A stretch of 64,000 nt of DNA, taken from the NCBI GenBank assembly GCA_965541585.1, contig CBEUCH010000002.1, positions 1-64,000 on the forward strand, written 5' to 3'. A program made the translations under genes and the position numbers. Shown here piece after piece: positions 58,113-64,000 of this stretch. Numbering within the stretch: the first letter of the stretch is position 1; every line of letters starts with the position of its first letter. The notes beneath the pieces were generated by a model. It had not been told where the DNA came from. It worked only from the letters and a program-made list of their open reading frames with translations, and ran no database searches. Source of the stretch: an uncultured bacterium (GTDB taxonomy: Bacteria > Zixibacteria > MSB-5A5 > UBA10806).

Positions 58113-58139
58113 TAAACATTTTCAATATGATGCCGATTC
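58113..58139 (+). promoter_or_regulatory. sigma28-like promoter for the CHASE2 kinase
   Basis: TAAA-N15-GCCGATTC. Confidence 0.6.
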
Positions 58140-58216
58140 CATAACAGTGACCGGCTGTCGTCACGAATACTCTATACAGGCGATTTGACGACGCAAAGTC
58201 AGGAGATATTTTAGAA

Positions 58217-60484
58217 ATGACCAAGAAATTTTCGGGTTTCATCCTATATGCTCTAATCACGGTTCTGGTTATCAGTGTATATCTAGACCGCACGAGCAGT
58301 CTCGAAAAGCTCGGCCAGTTTATTCAAGATACCATGTTTAGATTGCGGGGCGAGCAGACAGTTCCGGAGGATATAGTTATCGTGGGCATAGATGATGCCA
58401 GCCTGGAGTCGATAGGAGACTGGCCCTGGAATCGCGATAAGACAGCGGCGCTGATAAATGCCATCAGCTCTCAGGGACCCAGGACCGTCATGCTAAACCT
58501 GACATTCGATCCCAATAAGTATCAGAAAGCAGCCGGATATACGGATTCGCTTGCCAACGCCATAGCCAGGGCAGGCAATGTTATCTCCAGTTATCATTTC
58601 TCGCAGTCTGATCTTCCACATCAGGGCGAGACCCTGCCTATCGGTTTATCCAGGAGTGCATTCCATGCCATCGACAATCCCAGGAAATTTTCCAGGTTCC
58701 CCCCGACAGGCGCTTCGGCCATTCACTCGCCGGCACCCTCGATTGCAGATTCAGCGGCGTACACCGGATTTGTCAATATAATGCCCGACAATGACCGCAG
58801 CGTCCGATGGCAGCCCTTGATAGTGGGATATAGGGGAGAGTTTTTCCCTTCGGCGTCGGTGGTAGCAGCTTCGCATTTTCTCGGTGTGAGCCAAATCGGT
58901 GTCCATGTGGGTGAATCCATAGTTATTGGAAATCGGCTTATTCCAACAGACGAGGCAGGCCGGATGGACATCAACTTCAGCGGCCCGGAAGGAACGTTTA
59001 AATATTATTCTGCATCAGATATAGTGAATAGGATGACCGCTCCCAGGGAGCTCTCCGGAAAGCTGGTCATTATCGGTTACACGGCGTTTGCAGCAACGGA
59101 TGTTCACTCTACCCCTGTTGACCGGAGCCTTCCCGGCGTTGAAATACTGGCAAACGTTACCGAGAATATAGTCCATGGGAATCTATTGAGAGGCATTTCC
59201 AGCCAGTTTAAGATCAATCTGGGGATACTTATCGGCATCGGCCTTTTCTGTGCCTTTGTGTTGCCGCAGATATCCCTGATTAACCGAATAGCGGTTTTGC
59301 TTCTGTTCCTCATTGTACTTGTAAATATGAGCTATGTCCTGTTCTCGTCGTTTGATATCAGCACTAACAGCCTTTACCCGGCTCTTCAGATAGTCATTAT
59401 GTTAATCATGGCGCCGTTTGTGAAATCGCCTCACAGCTTATCGCCCGAGCAGAAGACCGACGACGAGGAAGAGATAGATTACGAGGCTCTACTCTCGTCG
59501 AGCGATACGATTGCGCTCGGCCAGACGCCTATTCCCGGATATCCTGAAACGGTGGCGGCACGTATACAGGCTACCGGAGGATCCACATTCCCGGGAACCG
59601 AATCGATAGGAGATGAGGGTACCCTTCCTTTAACCTCCCCGGGAACCGGGGGCGTAGCCGCGCCCGTCATGGATCATTTCGGTCGGTATAGGATTCTGAG
59701 CACTCTCGGGAAAGGGGCTATGGGGATGGTCTACAAAGGGCTCGATCCCGCAATCGATAGACCGGTCGCCCTGAAAACCATCAGGCTGGATCAGATCTTT
59801 GAGCCAGGGGAGGCAAAGGAACTGCGCGAGAGGCTGAACCGGGAGGCGAAGGCCGCCGGGAAGTTATCTCACCCCAATATCGTGACCATCTACGATGTCG
59901 GTGAGGAGAGTAATGTCCAGTATATCGCCATGGAGTTTTTACGTGGTGATACTCTGGAATTGCTTATCAGTAAGGGGCTGAACTGGGATTACAAGACATT
60001 GTCCAGAGCAATGATCCAGATTTGCGAAGCCCTCGACTACGCTCACGAAAATGGAATCGTGCATCGCGATATTAAACCTGCCAATATAATGATCCTCGAG
60101 GATAATAAAGTCAAGGTCATGGATTTCGGGATAGCACGGCTCGATAAATCGGCTTCCATGACCCAGACGGGCACGGCGTTGGGAACTCCAAACTACATAT
60201 CCCCGGAGCAGCTCAAGGGACAGCCTGTCGATAGAAGGTCTGATATATTCTCGCTCGGCGTGGTTTTCTACGAACTCTTAACGGCACAGAAACCATTCAA
60301 AGGAGAGACTATTTCGGCGTTGATATATTCCATATTGCATACCGAGCCGCCGCCCCCGTCGGAGGTCAATCTCGATGTACCCAGGATATTCGATAAAATT
60401 ACCGCCAAGGCGCTGGTAAAGGATCCTGATCTCAGATTCCAGAGAGCCAGAGACATGGCCGACATCCTGCGAAAACTGGTATAA
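58217..60484 (+). CDS. CHASE2 domain Ser/Thr protein kinase
   Basis: IVIVGIDDASL..IGDWPWNR, PGVEILAN; 3 TM; GKGAMG, HRDIKPAN, DFG, YISPE. Confidence 0.93.
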   Translation: MTKKFSGFILYALITVLVISVYLDRTSSLEKLGQFIQDTMFRLRGEQTVPEDIVIVGIDDASLESIGDWPWNRDKTAALINAISSQGPRTVMLNLTFDPNKYQKAAGYTDSLANAIARAGNVISSYHFSQSDLPHQGETLPIGLSRSAFHAIDNPRKFSRFPPTGASAIHSPAPSIADSAAYTGFVNIMPDNDRSVRWQPLIVGYRGEFFPSASVVAASHFLGVSQIGVHVGESIVIGNRLIPTDEAGRMDINFSGPEGTFKYYSASDIVNRMTAPRELSGKLVIIGYTAFAATDVHSTPVDRSLPGVEILANVTENIVHGNLLRGISSQFKINLGILIGIGLFCAFVLPQISLINRIAVLLLFLIVLVNMSYVLFSSFDISTNSLYPALQIVIMLIMAPFVKSPHSLSPEQKTDDEEEIDYEALLSSSDTIALGQTPIPGYPETVAARIQATGGSTFPGTESIGDEGTLPLTSPGTGGVAAPVMDHFGRYRILSTLGKGAMGMVYKGLDPAIDRPVALKTIRLDQIFEPGEAKELRERLNREAKAAGKLSHPNIVTIYDVGEESNVQYIAMEFLRGDTLELLISKGLNWDYKTLSRAMIQICEALDYAHENGIVHRDIKPANIMILEDNKVKVMDFGIARLDKSASMTQTGTALGTPNYISPEQLKGQPVDRRSDIFSLGVVFYELLTAQKPFKGETISALIYSILHTEPPPPSEVNLDVPRIFDKITAKALVKDPDLRFQRARDMADILRKLV

Positions 60485-60508
60485 TCCGCCTGAGAAATTT
60501 TAGGGGGG

Positions 60509-60538
60509 AAGCCCCGGGACTTCGGTCGCGGGGCTTTT
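60509..60538 (+). terminator. Intrinsic terminator with cUUCGg loop
   Basis: aagccccgggac-ttcg-gtcgcggggctt followed by TT. Confidence 0.8.
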
Positions 60539-60663
60539 CATTTAAAGGCAAATCTCAAGACCCGGCATTAACATATCCTGTTTGACCTGCATAGTTATTG
60601 TTTTAACTTGATTGGTCTTCCCTATGACTTATACTCAGTCGATGATCCGGGAAGGAGGACCGA

Positions 60664-61923
60664 ATGGAAAGAATTGATTTCCCGCTAACAGGTAACACGG
60701 TAATAATGGCGATTGTCATCTTGATCCATGTCTTTTTTGCCTTTATCGCCGTCGGCGGATCGACCCTGGCGGTATTCTCCGAGTGGCTTGGCAGAAAGAG
60801 AAAAGATGATGACTATCTTACGCTTGCCCGGCGCATAACCGAATTCTTAGCCGATATGATGAAGATAAACGGTGTGCTCGGCGTGACTATTGTCGTGCTT
60901 CTCATAGGACTATGGGGCGCTTTCACCAAATTTCTGTACTCGGTTCTTTTCTGGGCGTTCGCCGCCGAGGGGCTGTTCTTCCTGATCCTGATGATCTTCT
61001 CGATCTCCTACAACAACACCTGGGATAAGGTATCCCCGAGAGTACATCTGTTTTTTGGCATCGTCACGGCCTTCGCTGCCATCATGACCGCTTTTCTGAT
61101 AAATGCCATCTGGGCTTTTATGATGACCCCCGGTGATTGGTTAACCACCAGAAATCGCTGGGATGCTTTTTTCAACCCCATACTATGGGAATCGTTCCTT
61201 CATATGCTCCTGCCGTGCCTTATTAACGGGGCGCTGGTTGTATTCTTGTGGACATTCTGGAAATCTCGCCAGACGGGTCCGGAGATCGATTATTACAAAA
61301 AGGCAAACAAATTCACGGCCAGAATAGGGGCGACATTGATCCTCCTGCAGCCTCTCTCGGGATTGGGCTTTCTTTTGAAGGTGAAATCCGCCACTGTGAA
61401 CCTGCCGGCGCCGAATCCCTGGGGACAGATCTGGAGAGGGCCAGGGCAGCAGTTTCTTCATACCATGATGACACTGGGTGTGCTGGCGGTGATATTTGCC
61501 TTGCTTTACTGGTTGCTCGGTCATGATAAAGGAAGAAAATTCCTACTGGGAACGGCTATAGCGGCGTTCGTGGCTTTCTTCATGGGCGGGTATACGCGCG
61601 AAAAGGCCCGCAAGCCTTATCTGATCTGGGGTACCATGTATATGAACCAGAAATTAGTGGGAGACAAGGTTCCATCAGCGGCTGGGGGAGAGAGGGTCTC
61701 CGGCGAGCAGATCTTCGAGGATTGGGAGTGCCGCTCCTGCCACACGTTTCAGGGAAAGGGCGGCAGTGTCGGCCCTGAGCTTGTCGATCTTCGCGAAAGC
61801 TATGACTTAGATGAACTGAAAGAATTCCTCACGAATCCTCCCGAGGATATGCCCCCGTTTGAGGGATCCGAAGAGGAACTGGATACTCTCGGGGAATTTC
61901 TGCTGGAGGAATCGAGTGAATAG
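60664..61923 (+). CDS. Cytochrome bd subunit I-like membrane protein fused to C-terminal cytochrome c
   Basis: IHVFFA, NAIWAFMMTP, FLHM, GYTREKARKPY (CydA-like); CRSCH heme-c motif with distal Met. Confidence 0.82.
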   Translation: MERIDFPLTGNTVIMAIVILIHVFFAFIAVGGSTLAVFSEWLGRKRKDDDYLTLARRITEFLADMMKINGVLGVTIVVLLIGLWGAFTKFLYSVLFWAFAAEGLFFLILMIFSISYNNTWDKVSPRVHLFFGIVTAFAAIMTAFLINAIWAFMMTPGDWLTTRNRWDAFFNPILWESFLHMLLPCLINGALVVFLWTFWKSRQTGPEIDYYKKANKFTARIGATLILLQPLSGLGFLLKVKSATVNLPAPNPWGQIWRGPGQQFLHTMMTLGVLAVIFALLYWLLGHDKGRKFLLGTAIAAFVAFFMGGYTREKARKPYLIWGTMYMNQKLVGDKVPSAAGGERVSGEQIFEDWECRSCHTFQGKGGSVGPELVDLRESYDLDELKEFLTNPPEDMPPFEGSEEELDTLGEFLLEESSE

Positions 61924-62017
61924 AAAAAAATCATCCATTCAGAGTTACGTTCAGGTGAACCATTAATAGTGTAAGCATTTCTCAGGTAAAGTCTATGAGT
62001 TGCCCGGAACTTTTCAC

Positions 62018-62046
62018 TTGAACCTCGATATACATCCCCATATACT
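62018..62046 (+). promoter_or_regulatory. sigma70-like promoter for secA
   Basis: TTGAAC-N17-TATACT. Confidence 0.65.
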
Positions 62047-62073
62047 GCTTACGGCAAAAAGGGGAAAGATTTT

Positions 62074-64000
62074 ATGGTAATGAAGGCCATCAAAAAAGTT
62101 TTCGGCAGTAAAGCAGAGAGAGACGTCAAGAAGCTAAAACCTGTTGCCGCCGAAATAAATGAGATATTCGAAACTCTGAAAGATAAGAACCAGGACTGGT
62201 TCCCTAAACGAACCGAGGAGCTCAAAGCCGAACTGGCGGCCCATCAGGAAGAGATGGCCGGAGACTTAGACCGCGATTCGATGGATCCCGACGTTTATAA
62301 AAAGGAATACAGGAAAAGAATCGATGAGAAATTGGACGAGATCCTGCCTGAAGTATTTGCCATGGTCAAAGAATCCTGCCGGCGGCTGGTTGGACAATCC
62401 TGGGATGTCAGCGGAATCGAGACCAGCTGGGAGATGATACCTTATGATGTTCAATTGATAGGCGGGATCGTCCTTCACCAGGGCAGGATAGCCGAGATGG
62501 CCACCGGCGAGGGTAAAACCCTGGTTGCGACCATGCCGTTATATCTCAATGCCCTCGTCGGCAAGGGCGCTCACCTTGTCACCGTCAACGATTACCTGGC
62601 GCGCCGCGACGCTCAATGGATGGGTAAGGTTTACGAGTTTCTGGGGCTAACCGTCGGCTGCATTCAAAATGATATGTCGCCTTTGGAGAGAAAACAGCAA
62701 TACGGCTGTGATGTTACCTATGGCACCAACAATGAATTCGGATTCGATTACCTGCGCGATAACATGGCGGTGCGGGCGGAGGATCAGGTGCACCGCGATT
62801 TTTATTACGCTATTGTTGACGAGGTCGATTCGGTGTTGGTCGACGAGGCCAGGACGCCGCTGATAATATCCGGGCCGGTGGAATCGACCTTGAATATCAG
62901 GTTTAACGAGATGCGGCCACTGGTGGCCGGCCTGGTCAAAAAGCAAAACCAGTTTGTGGCAAAACTGATTTCCGAGGCTGAAAAAGCGCTTGAGAGCGAT
63001 GGCGATCAAACCGAGGCCGCCGACAAGCTTCTGCTGGCGCATCGCGGGGCTCCCAAGAATAAGCGGCTCTTGAAGCTTTACAAGGAAAAGGGAATCCGAC
63101 AGATGGTCGAGCAGCAGGAGCTTCTCTACCGGCGCGACAAGAAACTCTATGAGATCGATGAGAAACTGTATTTCAGTATCGATGAGCGCGAGCATACCGT
63201 CTATCTCAATGAGCCCGGGCAAAAGATGCTCGCTCCTGACGATCAAAAGCTGTTCGAGATTCCTGATATCACCGAAGGTCTGGTGATGATCGACACCGAT
63301 GAGAATTACACTCCCGAGCAGAAGATCAAAAAGAAAGAGGAGCTTTACAGTCTTCACGGGGAGAAATCCGAGAAAAACCACGCCATCAACCAAATTTTGC
63401 GCGCCTACCAGCTTTTCGAAAAAGATGTTGAGTATGTGGTGCAGGAAGGTAAGGTCTTGATCGTCGACGAGTTCACCGGTCGGTTGATGCCGGGCCGCCG
63501 CTATTCCGACGGCTTACACCAGGCTATCGAGGCCAAGGAAAGCGTCACCATCGAGGGCGAAACGCAGACCTTAGCCACCATCACGCTCCAGAATTATTTC
63601 AGAATGTACAACAAGCTGGCCGGCATGACCGGTACTGCCGAGACGGAGGCGGCCGAGTTTTTCGAGATATACAAGCTCGACGTGGTCGTGATCCCGACCA
63701 ACAGGCCGGTAAGACGGTTCGATTACGATGATGTTATCTTTCGCACGCGCCGCGAGAAATATAATTCAATTATCGAGGAGATCATCAGGTTGCATAATAA
63801 GGGATTGCCGGTGCTGGTAGGTACAGTATCGGTTGATGTTTCGGAAACGCTTTCCCGTATGCTGAAACGTCAGGGGGTAGGCCATTCCGTTCTCAACGCC
63901 AAATACCACCAGCAGGAGGCGGAGATAGTAGCCAAAGCGGGTCTCCCGGCAGCCGTAACCATTGCCACCAATATGGCCGGCCGTGGAACGGATATCAAGT
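62074..64000 (+). CDS. secA: Preprotein translocase SecA (5' part, runs off window; not in ORF track)
   Basis: Hand translation [13 protein letters not shown]..., [60 protein letters not shown]. Confidence 0.97.
   Translation, partial: MVMKAIKKVFGSKAERDVKKLKPVAAEINEIFETLKDKNQDWFPKRTEELKAELAAHQEEMAGDLDRDSMDPDVYKKEYRKRIDEKLDEILPEVFAMVKESCRRLVGQSWDVSGIETSWEMIPYDVQLIGGIVLHQGRIAEMATGEGKTLVATMPLYLNALVGKGAHLVTVNDYLARRDAQWMGKVYEFLGLTVGCIQNDMSPLERKQQYGCDVTYGTNNEFGFDYLRDNMAVRAEDQVHRDFYYAIVDEVDSVLVDEARTPLIISGPVESTLNIRFNEMRPLVAGLVKKQNQFVAKLISEAEKALESDGDQTEAADKLLLAHRGAPKNKRLLKLYKEKGIRQMVEQQELLYRRDKKLYEIDEKLYFSIDEREHTVYLNEPGQKMLAPDDQKLFEIPDITEGLVMIDTDENYTPEQKIKKKEELYSLHGEKSEKNHAINQILRAYQLFEKDVEYVVQEGKVLIVDEFTGRLMPGRRYSDGLHQAIEAKESVTIEGETQTLATITLQNYFRMYNKLAGMTGTAETEAAEFFEIYKLDVVVIPTNRPVRRFDYDDVIFRTRREKYNSIIEEIIRLHNKGLPVLVGTVSVDVSETLSRMLKRQGVGHSVLNAKYHQQEAEIVAKAGLPAAVTIATNMAGRGTDIK

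Noticed and set aside
62266..63393. Minus-strand ORFs of 70 and 248 aa
   Set aside because: Antisense to secA.
1..64000. CRISPR array, DGR/retron, prophage, IS, tRNA/rRNA
   Set aside because: No regularly spaced repeats, reverse transcriptase, integrase, transposase or RNA-gene signatures found by eye; tRNAscan and cmscan would be needed to exclude small RNAs fully.

Overview
Bacterial chromosomal window, about 50% GC by eye, with no rRNA, tRNA, CRISPR array, transposase, integrase or prophage that I can detect. Gene content suggests an FCB-superphylum anaerobe, most likely candidate division Zixibacteria (inference from a 'QNYPNPFNP' sorting-tail protein, a dockerin-like-tailed protein and FCB-type lipoproteins). 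Housekeeping genes are ftsEX-envC-holB-yaaT-metG, tatD/rSAM-rsmA, dusB, ilvC, pckA and secA. Redox genes are a glcD/lctD-like oxidase, fadF/hdrD-like, etfA, a ferredoxin, a CydA-like/cytochrome c fusion and larB/larC. Signalling genes are Crp/Fnr, HD-GYP, a His-less kinase and an FHA/phosphoesterase/CHASE2-kinase cluster. Several AT-rich accessory genes lie between them. Most notable unexplained signals: (1) a 35-aa Cys3His peptide gene missed by the ORF track, whose RBS and start codon are covered by a perfect 13-nt upstream antisense box that itself has a competing anti-antisense box (candidate translational RNA switch); (2) two ~70-aa paralogues of an unrecognised family 12 kb apart; (3) a candidate sigma28-like regulon of signalling genes, plus several apparently leaderless genes; (4) an ArfA-like basic peptide and a leader peptide coupled to an ABC-F gene; (5) an AT-rich TIR-wHTH gene inserted between larB and larC; (6) GTAG- and GTCAT-type REP-like palindromes at accessory-gene boundaries. 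All calls come from reading the sequence; no searches were run.
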